Source: a virus. From it: a stretch of DNA of 64,000 bases. Both the position numbers and the translations under genes were made by a program. Below the pieces are notes generated by a model that did no database searches, was not told the DNA's origin, and worked only from the letters and a program-made list of their open reading frames with translations. This document shows positions 1 to 10,227 of the stretch, piece after piece. The stretch lies in the IMG/VR virus record IMGVR_UViG_3300044642_000074, positions 32,001-96,000 of that record. One strand, given 5' to 3'. Every line of letters starts with the position of its first letter. The first letter of the stretch is position 1.

Positions 1-1
1 T

Positions 2-652
2 GTTGATGCAGCATCTTATGCAGGAACTATTGAATCAGCTTGTGGTGGTGGAAACTTTTCTGCACCACAAAACTTTACAGCAACCTTTACACCAACTTAC
101 TACTATTATGCTCTAAATGAATATGCTTGTAGTAACTGTACATTAGGTAGCACAAAAGTAGGTAGATCAACTACAGTGCTTTCTACTAGTAGTGGAACAC
201 ACTATAAAGTGGGAAGTTATAGTTATGTAGTTACTAACCAAATCACCCCTGCTCCAGCATCATTTGATGTGGACTTAGATACGTCTACACAAACAGGTGC
301 AAACTGTAGCATTGCTTGTGGATCTGTAAGTAACGGTACTGTAACAATTCAGAATCAGACACAGGGTAGTATTAGTTTTTCAGATTTTAGTCCAGCTTGG
401 TTTACTATAGATAGTGGTAGTGTATCACCTTTGATAAGCGGATCAATTGCAACAGGTACTAATGGTGGGTATATTGGAAACATGAGTATTACAGTAAGTT
501 CTGTTTCTCAAAACGGATGTCTTGTACTAAGAAAAAATGGCATTGTTATAGATAGTAATGCAGTAACTAGTACAGGAATGTATCAGTTTAATAGCTTAAA
601 CATTGCAAATACCGACAGCGTGTCTATACAATTTGTAGCTAGCTGTCCATAA
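2..652 (+). CDS. C-terminal part of a Ser/Thr/Gly/Cys-rich virion (tail fibre/spike-like) protein, 5'-truncated by the window
   Basis: The frame of the 176..652 ORF stays open back to base 2 (VDAASYAGTIESACGGG...). Beta-rich S/T/N composition; upstream of tail genes. Confidence 0.55.
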   Translation, partial: VDAASYAGTIESACGGGNFSAPQNFTATFTPTYYYYALNEYACSNCTLGSTKVGRSTTVLSTSSGTHYKVGSYSYVVTNQITPAPASFDVDLDTSTQTGANCSIACGSVSNGTVTIQNQTQGSISFSDFSPAWFTIDSGSVSPLISGSIATGTNGGYIGNMSITVSSVSQNGCLVLRKNGIVIDSNAVTSTGMYQFNSLNIANTDSVSIQFVASCP

Positions 653-694
653 TATAAAAAAGTCAGTGGTTTTGTTGGTTTCCCTGACATAACA

Positions 695-730
695 AAGCCC
701 CTGGTATTTCTATACTGGGGGCTTAATTTT
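695..730 (+). terminator. Rho-independent terminator-like hairpin
   Basis: AAGCCCCTGGTAT-ttct-ATACTGGGGGCTT, a 13-bp stem with two G.U pairs, followed by AATTTT; downstream of the 652 stop. Confidence 0.65.
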
Positions 731-738
731 GTAGAACT
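724..738 (+). promoter_or_regulatory. Bacteroidota sigma70-type -7 box (TAATTTTG) extended by TAGAAC
   Basis: Matches TAnnTTTG. The 17-mer CTTAATTTTGTAGAACT recurs on the minus strand at 48514-48530. Confidence 0.6.
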
Positions 739-819
739 GTTTATAGTTTGTGTATAATTATACCATAAGCTCTACATAAAGAGCTAATTTTATACACCAT
801 ATACCCAACCCAATACCCT

Positions 820-2136
820 ATGAGCCTAATCCATCAGGTATATGGATCTCTGAGGTGGAAAAAAACCGATGAGTTCTGTGCCACAAAGCTAGGTATTTCC
901 CTGCAGAAATACCAAGAAATCAAGAAACAAATTTTACAGACCAGAGAACTTCTACAGAATGAGCTGGATACCAGTCTTGTAGAACTAGCTGGCCAGCGTA
1001 TGCTCGAGCTGATTGATGATGAGCAGATAAAAAATAAGTACATCACCGATCTGGAAGATCAGCTGGTAGAGGCTATCAACCAGCAGAGAGAAAAGGTCGT
1101 AGAGTTCAAGGAAAACTTGGATGAAGGTACAGCCGAGATCAAGGGTGTAGCATTTGCAGAACCTAAGAGCCCCGAAGAAATTATCCGGATTTTGAAGATA
1201 GACACTGAGAAGTGGAAGCTGTCTTCCTACTGGAACAAACAACACAAAGACTACTGGCTGGTTTCAGCCATGGTTACCCATAAGATTTTAGAAGGTAAGG
1301 ATCTTCTAAAGCATACACTAGAAAACTTTCAACCTGACTATACACCCGTTGCAGAGGTGCATCTTAACGACACGTTTGTTAATCCTACCGTGGGGGTCTT
1401 GAGTATTCAGGACCTCCATTTTGGTAAGGAAGGTAACGACACAGTAGTTAAAGAGTTTCGCGAGGCCGTTTCTAACCTAACACTAAGAGCTTACAAGAGC
1501 CACCGACTGGAGAAGATTATCTATGTCTTTGGTGGGGATCTGCTTAACATGGATACATTCCACGGGCAGACCACCAAGGGCACTCCGGTGGACAATGACA
1601 TGCGTGCACAGGATGCATACAAACAAGCATTTGATTCTCTGTACTGGAGCATCAACTTTGTAAAGCAGTTCTGTAATGAGTTACACGTAGTATACCTTCC
1701 TGGTAACCATGACAGGCTCAGTTCCTATCATATGGCTCATGCCTTGTCTAAGTGTTTTTCTAAAGAAAACAATATCATATTTAACGTAGAATATTCAGAG
1801 CGTAAAGTTATTACCTATGGTAGTAACTTTTTTGCTTTTGAACACGGAGACGTAAGCTCTAAGAATACACCATTAGTATACGCTACAGAGTTTGCTAAAG
1901 AGTGGGGATCTACATTATACCGTACCTGTTATACTGGCCACTGGCATCGTAAGAAGACTGTGGAATACGTTAGTGAAAATGAGGTACACGGTTTTGCTTT
2001 AAAGCAGCTTCCGAGTTTATCCAAGTCTGACTACTGGCATTACCACAACAAGTTTACTGGGGCTAAACGCCAGGCTGTTATGGAGGTACATGACCGTACA
2101 AAAGGTAAGATTACCGAGCTGACATATACTGCCTAA
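820..2136 (+). CDS. Calcineurin-like metallophosphoesterase with N-terminal helical extension
   Basis: Motifs DLH, GGD, GNHD, HGD, GHWH in canonical order. Confidence 0.85.
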   Translation: MSLIHQVYGSLRWKKTDEFCATKLGISLQKYQEIKKQILQTRELLQNELDTSLVELAGQRMLELIDDEQIKNKYITDLEDQLVEAINQQREKVVEFKENLDEGTAEIKGVAFAEPKSPEEIIRILKIDTEKWKLSSYWNKQHKDYWLVSAMVTHKILEGKDLLKHTLENFQPDYTPVAEVHLNDTFVNPTVGVLSIQDLHFGKEGNDTVVKEFREAVSNLTLRAYKSHRLEKIIYVFGGDLLNMDTFHGQTTKGTPVDNDMRAQDAYKQAFDSLYWSINFVKQFCNELHVVYLPGNHDRLSSYHMAHALSKCFSKENNIIFNVEYSERKVITYGSNFFAFEHGDVSSKNTPLVYATEFAKEWGSTLYRTCYTGHWHRKKTVEYVSENEVHGFALKQLPSLSKSDYWHYHNKFTGAKRQAVMEVHDRTKGKITELTYTA

Positions 2137-2143
2137 ACTCTAC

Positions 2144-2190
2144 AAGTTTAGCTAGGAAACCTCAGAGATTTTCCGTAAATTATTAATGTA
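2144..2190 (+). promoter_or_regulatory. Putative phage late-promoter/operator motif, copy 1
   Basis: AAGTTTAG..AAACCTCAGAGATTTT..GTAAATTATTAATGTA aligns with 19189-19234; both precede structural operons. Confidence 0.6.
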
Positions 2191-2197
2191 GAACCTT

Positions 2198-2803
2198 GTG
2201 GCCATACCCTATAAAAAACCAGACCTAAACGCTCCTAGATACCGCCCTAAGAAACTGAACTTCACTAACCAGGATTTCTATAATCAGTTTATACAGGCTA
2301 ATCCCAGGTTTGCTTCTTTAACTCCACAGAAGTTTAAAGAGGTTGTTACCAATTTTAATGGTAAGATATGGGAAACAGTAATAGCAGAAAGGGACGGAGT
2401 AGAACTGCCAGAGCAGCTCGGATTTATTTTTATAGGAACATGCCCTCGTAAAAAAAGTAACGTAGACTTTCACAAGTCTCAGACGTATGGAGTAAAACTT
2501 CAGAACCAGAATTGGGAATCCGATCAGTACGTTGCTAAAATCTTCTACACAAATTTTGAAACTAAGTACCGGTTCAAGCATCACGAGATGTGGGGCTTTA
2601 CCGGTGTAAGAGACTTCAAACGTACGGTTGGGAAGACCTATCCTACAGAGTGGAAGAAATATGTGATGGTAGATAATCTTGTAAGGGTAAGCCGAATCTT
2701 TCGTAAGCAGAAGTTCAGACATTATAAAGAAGACCTTACTCAGCAACTCTTAGAAGAGTATGATGAGTTTAACCTAGAAACACCATGGCCAGACCTACCA
2801 TAG
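2198..2803 (+). CDS. IHF/HU-like protein of the crAss-like structural module
   Basis: Basic protein with VELPEQLGFIFIG, resembling the HU/IHF V.L.GFG.F strand; sits before the ring-protein genes as in crAss-like phages. Confidence 0.5.
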   Translation: MAIPYKKPDLNAPRYRPKKLNFTNQDFYNQFIQANPRFASLTPQKFKEVVTNFNGKIWETVIAERDGVELPEQLGFIFIGTCPRKKSNVDFHKSQTYGVKLQNQNWESDQYVAKIFYTNFETKYRFKHHEMWGFTGVRDFKRTVGKTYPTEWKKYVMVDNLVRVSRIFRKQKFRHYKEDLTQQLLEEYDEFNLETPWPDLP

Positions 2804-3459
2804 GAAATATCCTTTCAAGAATCCGTACCCAGGTAAAGGCGGTAAGGCAAGATGCTTTACTGACTGACCGGGTAATCTATACGTTTGTCCTCAAGCATGC
2901 CAAATGGCTAATGAAGCGTGAGGATGCGAAGAACCGTTTGCTTGGGTTTTCCGGAGTGGTTCAGACTATGGACTTTGTGGAACTGATTGAGGTAGATAAG
3001 GTAGAAGCATGTTGTACAGGTTTAAGTTCTGATTGTAAGATCAAACGTACGAAGGAAAAGATGCCTGTATTTATGCAGGGATACTACGGTCCGTTAATCC
3101 GTACTGTAGCTAGTCTTGATGGATCAGAAGAACTTCAACCTACCAATCCTAATTCTTACTTGGCTATGAGCCGCAGTAAGAACTTTAAGTATAACAAAGC
3201 TAAATACTTCTGGTACCTCGATGACTATTTATACTTTCCAAACCTTGACTGGGATGCTGTACGTATAGAAGGAATCTTTGAAGATGATATTTCAAGATTT
3301 ACTTGTGAAGAGGATAACTGCAAGGTTCGTTCAGACGAAAGTTTTAACGTTCCTGACTATCTACATGGTGAAATAGAATCACAAGTATTTAGAGACTTAG
3401 CAGGTATGTACCAGCTTCCTACGGATATGCCGAACGATAAACAAAATGCTCTTAGGTAA
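2785..3459 (+). CDS. Putative tail ring/adaptor protein
   Basis: 224 aa; size and synteny (IHF - ring - ring - muzzle) typical of crAss-like tails; YFWYLDDYLYF motif. Confidence 0.5.
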   Translation: MARPTIGNILSRIRTQVKAVRQDALLTDRVIYTFVLKHAKWLMKREDAKNRLLGFSGVVQTMDFVELIEVDKVEACCTGLSSDCKIKRTKEKMPVFMQGYYGPLIRTVASLDGSEELQPTNPNSYLAMSRSKNFKYNKAKYFWYLDDYLYFPNLDWDAVRIEGIFEDDISRFTCEEDNCKVRSDESFNVPDYLHGEIESQVFRDLAGMYQLPTDMPNDKQNALR

Positions 3460-4328
3460 TGAAGACAGAACTTCAATATAGAACTTTTGATCAGCTCTTG
3501 GATGAAGTCTCTGCAGACTTTACCACATATAGTATTGAGGGCATGATCGAACCTGGTCAGTTGATCAAGGTTGCTCAGCGTGTAAACTATGATCTGGGTC
3601 TGCGTATTCATGGTACCAAAGAAAAAGTACTGGATATAGAAAAGTCAAAGACTAAACTTCCGGATGATTTTTATGTGCTAAACTACGCATACCTGTGCGG
3701 AAGATATACGGTGTCTAGTCCTGTTATGGCTGGACGTGAAACAGAAAATGTCATACTTAATAAAGATCTCTGCAGAAAGTGCGGCAAACCTGATCCTACT
3801 TGTAGCTGTGAAGCTACTTATACTGTAGAGTGCAATACTGGTCAAAAAGTATTTGTACAGGTTGTAGAAAAACGTAAGTATGAAACTCGTACTTATGACA
3901 CGTTTGAACCTATTCGTATTTCCACATCTACTGGAAAAATAGATGCTACAGACGATAGGGGAGTAAGAGCAGGGTACATTAAGAATGGTTTTATTTATAC
4001 CAACCTAACTGAAGGAAGAATCTTTATTTCTTACCAGGGGTCATTAGAAGATGACCATGGTAATCTTTTGGTACTGGATCATCCTATGATTAACGAGTAC
4101 TATGAATATGCTTTGAAGCAGAGAATATTGGAGAACCTATTTATTGCTGGTGAAGAAGTAAGCCAGAAGATGCAGCTTATAGAGCAGCGTCTTAGAGGTG
4201 CTCGTAATAATGCTCTAAGCATAGTGAACACCCCGGATTTTGCAGAAATGTACAAGCTGTGGCAGACTAATAGAAAGGCCATGTATAGCAAATACTATGA
4301 TATGTTTAAATCAACCGAGGGGTTCTAG
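3459..4328 (+). CDS. Putative tail tubular/ring protein
   Basis: GYIKNGFIYTN..EG.IFISY..DDHG motif typical of crAss-like ring proteins; Cys-rich insert; coupled by TAATG overlap. Confidence 0.55.
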   Translation: MKTELQYRTFDQLLDEVSADFTTYSIEGMIEPGQLIKVAQRVNYDLGLRIHGTKEKVLDIEKSKTKLPDDFYVLNYAYLCGRYTVSSPVMAGRETENVILNKDLCRKCGKPDPTCSCEATYTVECNTGQKVFVQVVEKRKYETRTYDTFEPIRISTSTGKIDATDDRGVRAGYIKNGFIYTNLTEGRIFISYQGSLEDDHGNLLVLDHPMINEYYEYALKQRILENLFIAGEEVSQKMQLIEQRLRGARNNALSIVNTPDFAEMYKLWQTNRKAMYSKYYDMFKSTEGF

Positions 4329-4331
4329 TAT

Positions 4332-4691
4332 ATGAGAATAAAAACCACTATAAAACTTCCGACCTACAGCTGTGATCTCGTAATAAGCGTTGTTGAAAGC
4401 GTAGCCGTAGAAGCAGAGAGACTTTATAAGAAGCATAAGATAACTGAACCGTTTGGAGCTGAGGCAGAAGGAGCTCTTGTAATGATAGGTATGGAAAGAT
4501 ACTACTTGTTGTTTCACAAGGACTTTCTTACTCATAATACTATAGCTCATGAAATATTTCACGCAGCTGTTAGAATAACAGAAGATCGTGACGTGACAGA
4601 TGAAGAAGCTCAGGCTTGGGTCGCTGGATATCTTAGTGCAGTAGTATATAAATTTTTAGAAAAGAAGAAGCTAGAGATAAAACATGGCTGA
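4332..4691 (+). CDS. Small zincin-like (HExxH) protein
   Basis: TIAHEIFHAA followed by DEEAQAW. Confidence 0.6.
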   Translation: MRIKTTIKLPTYSCDLVISVVESVAVEAERLYKKHKITEPFGAEAEGALVMIGMERYYLLFHKDFLTHNTIAHEIFHAAVRITEDRDVTDEEAQAWVAGYLSAVVYKFLEKKKLEIKHG

Positions 4692-7600
4692 GCAAAGACA
4701 AAATAATCCCGGAGCTGTTACCAATACTTTTTCAAAAGGTATGGTAAAAGATTTCAATGATACCTTTGTTGGTGAAGGTCTGTGGACTCATGCCCGTAAC
4801 GCAGTTAATAATTCCCATGATGGTCAGCTGGGTGTTATAGGAAACGAACCTGCTAACCTGCATTGTGTCACACTTCCTTATGATCTCATAGGTGTTATTC
4901 ATTTAAGAGATGACCAGTGGGCAGTATATACTACAAATGATGTAGACTCTGAGATTGGTGTTTTTGATGAGAGCCAGTGTACATACACTAAGAAGGTTAA
5001 CGATCGTTGCCTCAACTTTAGACGTACAAACTTAATTACCGGCATAAGCCGTAGAAGGTTTGATTGTGAGCGTCCTGTTTACTGGGCAGATGGTAGAAAC
5101 CCAGACAGATTTATGGATCTGGATAACCCCCCGTTTAAGTTTACTGAATCTATACAAAACGGGTGTGTTACCAAAACTTATACTAACCAGCTGGATTGTG
5201 AAAAGATCCGCCTGGCTTCTTTGGTTACTGCTCCATGTATAGTCCTAGAAAAAGGAAAGGGAGCTGGTACTTTACCAAATGGATCTTACCAGGTTTGCCT
5301 GGCCTACACAATTAACCAGGTTAAGATAACTGACTATATGGGACTTTCAGAAGTTCAGTCAGTTTTTCATCATGATAATGTAAAGTCATCTTTAGAAGTT
5401 AAGATTACACAAGTTGACCAGAACTTTGACGAGTTTGAACTGGTTATTCTGGCTCAGATAAATGGAGAGACTATTGCCCGCAGAATCGGGTACTATTCTA
5501 CAAACCAGGGTACTATCTACATAGATACTCTTAGCAATGAAAGTCCTACCGTACCGATCAACCAGGTTGTTGTACGTACAGAACCTATAGAAAGAAGTGA
5601 TACCATGTACCAGGTAAATGACTACGCGTTGCGTGTAGGTGTTTACACTAAGTACAAGTTTAACTATCAGCTTCAGGCTAATAATATCCGCAGTAGCTGG
5701 GTAGCTGTAGAATATCCTGCAGAATACTACAAGAAAGGCGGAAACAATACTGGCTACATGAGAGATGAGCAGTATGCGTTTTTTATCCGTTGGGTGTATA
5801 ACACAGGAGAGAGATCTGAATCTTATCATATTCCAGGTCGTAGTGCTTTACCTACTGAAAAAGATATTGTGGTAAATGCAGATGCCTATGAAGCTGCTAA
5901 CGGAGTTACCGTACAGCGTTGGCAGGTGTATAACACTGCTACGATAGAAGGTAGAACTGCAACTTTGCTTGCAGACGGGGGAAGAGTTATTGGTACTGGT
6001 AGAATGGGTTATTGGGAGTCAACTGAAAAGTATCCTGATGATCGTCCGGATATTTGGGGCAACCTTTGCGGTCAACCTATTCGTCATCATAAGTTTCCTG
6101 ATGAAACTTGTGATACTGCTGCTACTAACCGTGTGTTAGATACATTTAGTCAGAGCGGATCTAAGATTGTTATTCTTGGTGTACAGTTTGAAAACATAAC
6201 ACACCCTCTGGATAATAACGGAAATCCTATTACCTCTATAGTAGGATATGAAATACTTAGAGGTTCCCGCCAGGGAAATAAAACTGTTATAGGAAAGGGT
6301 CTCTTAAATAACATGAGAACCTTTAAATTGCCTGAAGATACTACCAATGAAAGGTTGTTTCAGAACTATCCTTTTAATGACCTTCGTGCAGACTCTTACT
6401 TGACAACTGAATTTCAGAGTGGGACTAACGGATCTCCTGATGTAAAGTCATCTAAGATGACAGGATATAAGAAGAACATCTTTTCTTTTCATAGTCCTGA
6501 AACTACATTTAGCCAACCATTTGTAAATGCTACAGAGTTAAAAGTATATCAGCAGCTTAGCGGTACTGCTACTGGACGTTTTATTATTCCGCATAAGCAT
6601 CCTAAGTTTAAACTACCTACTAACTTTGCAGATACTATATCTGACGTATTAGGTGTAGTTCAACAGATAGCAGACATTACAAGTTTGATTGCCGGAGCTG
6701 CTCCGACTATTAATCTTCAAGGTACCTCTGATCTTCCTTTTACACAGAGTCTAATTACTCCACATAGACAAGAGTCTTTATCTGGTATATTTGCCGGGGT
6801 GACTAGTGGATGGGTCGGAACTACCGGTGCACCTGGTGCTGATACTGCAGCATCTTCAAGAAGATCTATTGCAAACACAGCTATTACCGTGGCAAACGGT
6901 ATAGTGATGGTAACGTTGGCAGCATTTAAAGCTAATGTTACTTCTGAGCAAGTATTCAGATTAATTCTTGCTTTAGTACCTTATAGACAATACGCTGCTC
7001 AATATGTGTCTCATGGTTTTTATAACCAGGCAGTTAATCAACCTTTAGATTTCAGACGTCGTTTTGTTACCAATACAAGTTATGTAGGGGCTGACGTAGC
7101 TACGTTTGGTTCATCTTATCAAATCTACAATCTTAACAGAAACCGTTTTGTGGCTGTAGAGATACCTCAAGCTACAGAATTAAATCCTCCTACAGTTGTA
7201 GATAACAGCCGTTTTATCATTAGTGAAAGAAACGCTGAGCTAAACAAAGACCTAACAAGTACAATATCTAGTTTGTACGGAGCTTTAAAGATTCCTTTAG
7301 ATGCTCAGTACGGACAGTTGGAAAGCATTAAGCAGATACCAATATCTTCCTGTGTTTTTAATACAGTAGCAAACACTACCAGCAAGTTTATTACTCCTGT
7401 TTTATTTGGAGGAGACATTTATATTAACAGGTTTACTGAGAAGAACAATATGTTGTTCTTTAATACCTGGCTGATGGGAGAACCTAACGGTGCAGAGCTG
7501 GACTATACTTTATATTTCAGCATGCCGTATTCAAGATTCTGGGTAAACAATACAGATCTTAACGGTGGCTTGTTTGAAGGAGCTTCTAATTTCAGGGTTC

Positions 7601-10227
7601 TGGACGCTAGAGAGTCAAGACTATTTTCAATATCAAAAGGTTACTTCTACTTGTTTAACTCAGGAGTACGTGACTTTTTTGTAGAGAGTGACGTTAACAT
7701 AGCATACCGTGATTGGGATGACCAGCTCGGCAGAAGACACTACGACCCCTATGAAATTGCAGATCTTAACTTACTGATGAGATCTGATGTAATAAAAGAA
7801 AGTAACATATACAAGTATGATTACTCTTTAAGTATATCTAAGCTTTTCAACTCTCAGATTACCTGGGGTAACATGCTTCCTAGGGACTATGATCCTAAGA
7901 AAGCCGAGACATGTTATGTGTATTATCCTAATAGGGTAGTCTACTCTTTGCCTCAGCAGGATGACAGTCGTAAAGACAGTTGGAGAATATATCTTGCCAA
8001 TAACTATAAGACAATGGGTGGTAGAGTTACTGCCATCAAACCAGTAAATAAGACTGGGGCATTGTTTATGATGGCTTTTCAAAGTCCACTCCAGTTTATG
8101 GGAGTAGAGGAACTAAAGCTTGACGCAACTGGTGCAAAGATTACTATAGGTGACGGTGCTTTATTTTCAGGTCCGCAACAGCTACAGGCTATTGTAAACT
8201 CTGATGAAAGCTATGAATACGGATCTTGCCAAAACAGGTTTGCTACCGTTGGTTGCACACATGGGATATTCTGGGTCAGCCAGAACCAGGGTAAAGTATT
8301 TCAGTACCAGGGAGGTTTAAAGGAAATCTCTAGAGACGGAATGAAATGGTGGTTTGCAAACTATCTTCCTAGTGAACTTCTTAAATTATATCCTAACTAT
8401 CCTTTGTATGATAATCCTGTTGCAGGTATTGGAGTACAGATGATTTATGATAATACAAATGAGATAATCTATATTACTAAGAAAGACTATAGACCAAAGA
8501 GAAAAGACTTGTTATATGATCAGGGTGGCTTTTATTATGAGGGCCCAGGGTCAACAACAATTAATACATGCCCTCCGGGTTATACCCTACAGGGGAATAC
8601 CTGTGTAGCTAATACTGCAACGTGTCCTCCAGGTCATCAGTTGATCAACGGAGTATGTACCAAAACTGAAACGATAGATCCAATTCAGTCTGGTCAGGTA
8701 GTAGAAGTATCTAGAACACCATTTGAGGTTTACGGTAATCAAGGTACAAGAGTATACAGTGCCGCTACTGTTGGTTCTACTTCTACTCTTTTAAATACAA
8801 GCAATCCATTTTGGATACGTCAAGTTAGTCCGGCAAACTGGAACTCACTTACTGCAGATCAGAAACAAGCGTTTGATCTTAACAATGGACCGGTAAACCG
8901 TATCTCTATATGGGGGCGTACACTATCCGGATCTACTGTACTAAATAACTATAACCACAGCGGTGCTGATCTAAATCCTGTTAGTCAATGGATTGGCTTC
9001 GATGTTTGTATAAATATCACAACAACTAAGACATACTATGTAGCTATTGCTGCAGACAATGATTACAGGTTTTCTTTGGACGGAAACCTGATCTTAAGTG
9101 ACACTGGTGGTACTACTGCTACTTTTAACTTCCTTCATATCTACCCTGTAACTATTACAGCTGGTAGTCATATACTTCGTTTGGAAGGGAAGAACAACGG
9201 TCAGAAAGCAGGATTTGGTTGTGAGATTTTTGACCTAGATAACAGACCAACTGGTACCAGTGTGGTAGATTTCTTAAATGCTCAGACGAGCTACGATAAT
9301 TTGATTGTAGTCTTTACAACCAGAAACGTAACACAGTTTTCTTCTAACCTGTACACCTGTCCTGTTGGATATGGTTTAGCTAACCCTACCTGTACAGAAC
9401 CTGTATGTCAAAGAATTACTACAGCTGCTCCTGTGTTTGATACAAAGCAGCCTACTGTAGTTACAGTAAAAAATAAGATCTACTGCAACTTTGATAAAGG
9501 TGAATGTTGGGAAAATGCTAGCTGGACTATTTCTTACGATCCTAAGACACAGACCTGGATATCATTTCATGATTGGATTCCAAGCTTCCTGATTCCTGGT
9601 AAGGCTCACTTCATGAGCGTTAACATGAACTCTATATGGAAGCATAACATTCGTTGTGATAAGTACACTAACTTCTATGGTATAGACTATCCGTTTGAGG
9701 TAGAGTTTGTATCAGCTACCGGTCAGGTAGTTAATTCTATGAGAAACATAGAGTACTTAATGGAAGCATATAAGATGCACAATGACTGCCGTGATAAGTT
9801 TCATGTACTAGATGCAAACTTTGATCAGGCTATTATACATAATTCAGAACAAATATCCGGTCTTCTTGAACTTGAACTGAAAAGCAAGACTAATCCTGTA
9901 GCTATGTTGAGCTATCCTCAGGTCCGTACTCAGTCTATTGGAATAAACTATTCTAAGGAAGAGAATAAGTACAGGTTTAATCAGTTCTGGGATATCACGC
10001 GTAACCGCGGAGAGTTCCAGGGAGTGAATGTTCCGATGTTTAACACAGAACCAAACGGATATAAGTTTCAAATAAACCCTACTTATGTGAACTATAATAA
10101 ATCTCCACTGGAGCGTAAGAAGTTCAGACATAACGTAAACAAGGTATTCTTAAGAAAATTAGTAAGTAATGATACCAAGTATCTATTTAAGATATCTAAC
10201 CAAAAGATTCTACAAAGTCCTAGATAA
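4684..10227 (+). CDS. Tail stabilisation/muzzle protein with Cys-repeat and PA14-like insertion
   Basis: 1847 aa; N-terminal NTFSKGMVKD, YMRDEQYAFFI, GGDIYINRF and C-terminal WTISY..WISFHDW motifs typical of crAss-like muzzle proteins; follows the ring genes. Confidence 0.7.
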   Translation: MAEQRQNNPGAVTNTFSKGMVKDFNDTFVGEGLWTHARNAVNNSHDGQLGVIGNEPANLHCVTLPYDLIGVIHLRDDQWAVYTTNDVDSEIGVFDESQCTYTKKVNDRCLNFRRTNLITGISRRRFDCERPVYWADGRNPDRFMDLDNPPFKFTESIQNGCVTKTYTNQLDCEKIRLASLVTAPCIVLEKGKGAGTLPNGSYQVCLAYTINQVKITDYMGLSEVQSVFHHDNVKSSLEVKITQVDQNFDEFELVILAQINGETIARRIGYYSTNQGTIYIDTLSNESPTVPINQVVVRTEPIERSDTMYQVNDYALRVGVYTKYKFNYQLQANNIRSSWVAVEYPAEYYKKGGNNTGYMRDEQYAFFIRWVYNTGERSESYHIPGRSALPTEKDIVVNADAYEAANGVTVQRWQVYNTATIEGRTATLLADGGRVIGTGRMGYWESTEKYPDDRPDIWGNLCGQPIRHHKFPDETCDTAATNRVLDTFSQSGSKIVILGVQFENITHPLDNNGNPITSIVGYEILRGSRQGNKTVIGKGLLNNMRTFKLPEDTTNERLFQNYPFNDLRADSYLTTEFQSGTNGSPDVKSSKMTGYKKNIFSFHSPETTFSQPFVNATELKVYQQLSGTATGRFIIPHKHPKFKLPTNFADTISDVLGVVQQIADITSLIAGAAPTINLQGTSDLPFTQSLITPHRQESLSGIFAGVTSGWVGTTGAPGADTAASSRRSIANTAITVANGIVMVTLAAFKANVTSEQVFRLILALVPYRQYAAQYVSHGFYNQAVNQPLDFRRRFVTNTSYVGADVATFGSSYQIYNLNRNRFVAVEIPQATELNPPTVVDNSRFIISERNAELNKDLTSTISSLYGALKIPLDAQYGQLESIKQIPISSCVFNTVANTTSKFITPVLFGGDIYINRFTEKNNMLFFNTWLMGEPNGAELDYTLYFSMPYSRFWVNNTDLNGGLFEGASNFRVLDARESRLFSISKGYFYLFNSGVRDFFVESDVNIAYRDWDDQLGRRHYDPYEIADLNLLMRSDVIKESNIYKYDYSLSISKLFNSQITWGNMLPRDYDPKKAETCYVYYPNRVVYSLPQQDDSRKDSWRIYLANNYKTMGGRVTAIKPVNKTGALFMMAFQSPLQFMGVEELKLDATGAKITIGDGALFSGPQQLQAIVNSDESYEYGSCQNRFATVGCTHGIFWVSQNQGKVFQYQGGLKEISRDGMKWWFANYLPSELLKLYPNYPLYDNPVAGIGVQMIYDNTNEIIYITKKDYRPKRKDLLYDQGGFYYEGPGSTTINTCPPGYTLQGNTCVANTATCPPGHQLINGVCTKTETIDPIQSGQVVEVSRTPFEVYGNQGTRVYSAATVGSTSTLLNTSNPFWIRQVSPANWNSLTADQKQAFDLNNGPVNRISIWGRTLSGSTVLNNYNHSGADLNPVSQWIGFDVCINITTTKTYYVAIAADNDYRFSLDGNLILSDTGGTTATFNFLHIYPVTITAGSHILRLEGKNNGQKAGFGCEIFDLDNRPTGTSVVDFLNAQTSYDNLIVVFTTRNVTQFSSNLYTCPVGYGLANPTCTEPVCQRITTAAPVFDTKQPTVVTVKNKIYCNFDKGECWENASWTISYDPKTQTWISFHDWIPSFLIPGKAHFMSVNMNSIWKHNIRCDKYTNFYGIDYPFEVEFVSATGQVVNSMRNIEYLMEAYKMHNDCRDKFHVLDANFDQAIIHNSEQISGLLELELKSKTNPVAMLSYPQVRTQSIGINYSKEENKYRFNQFWDITRNRGEFQGVNVPMFNTEPNGYKFQINPTYVNYNKSPLERKKFRHNVNKVFLRKLVSNDTKYLFKISNQKILQSPR

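Noticed and set aside
749-798. DnaA boxes (TGTGTATAA at 749-757; TTATACACC at 790-798)
   Set aside because: One match and one near-match in AT-rich DNA, far from the DnaA-IV gene; compatible with chance.
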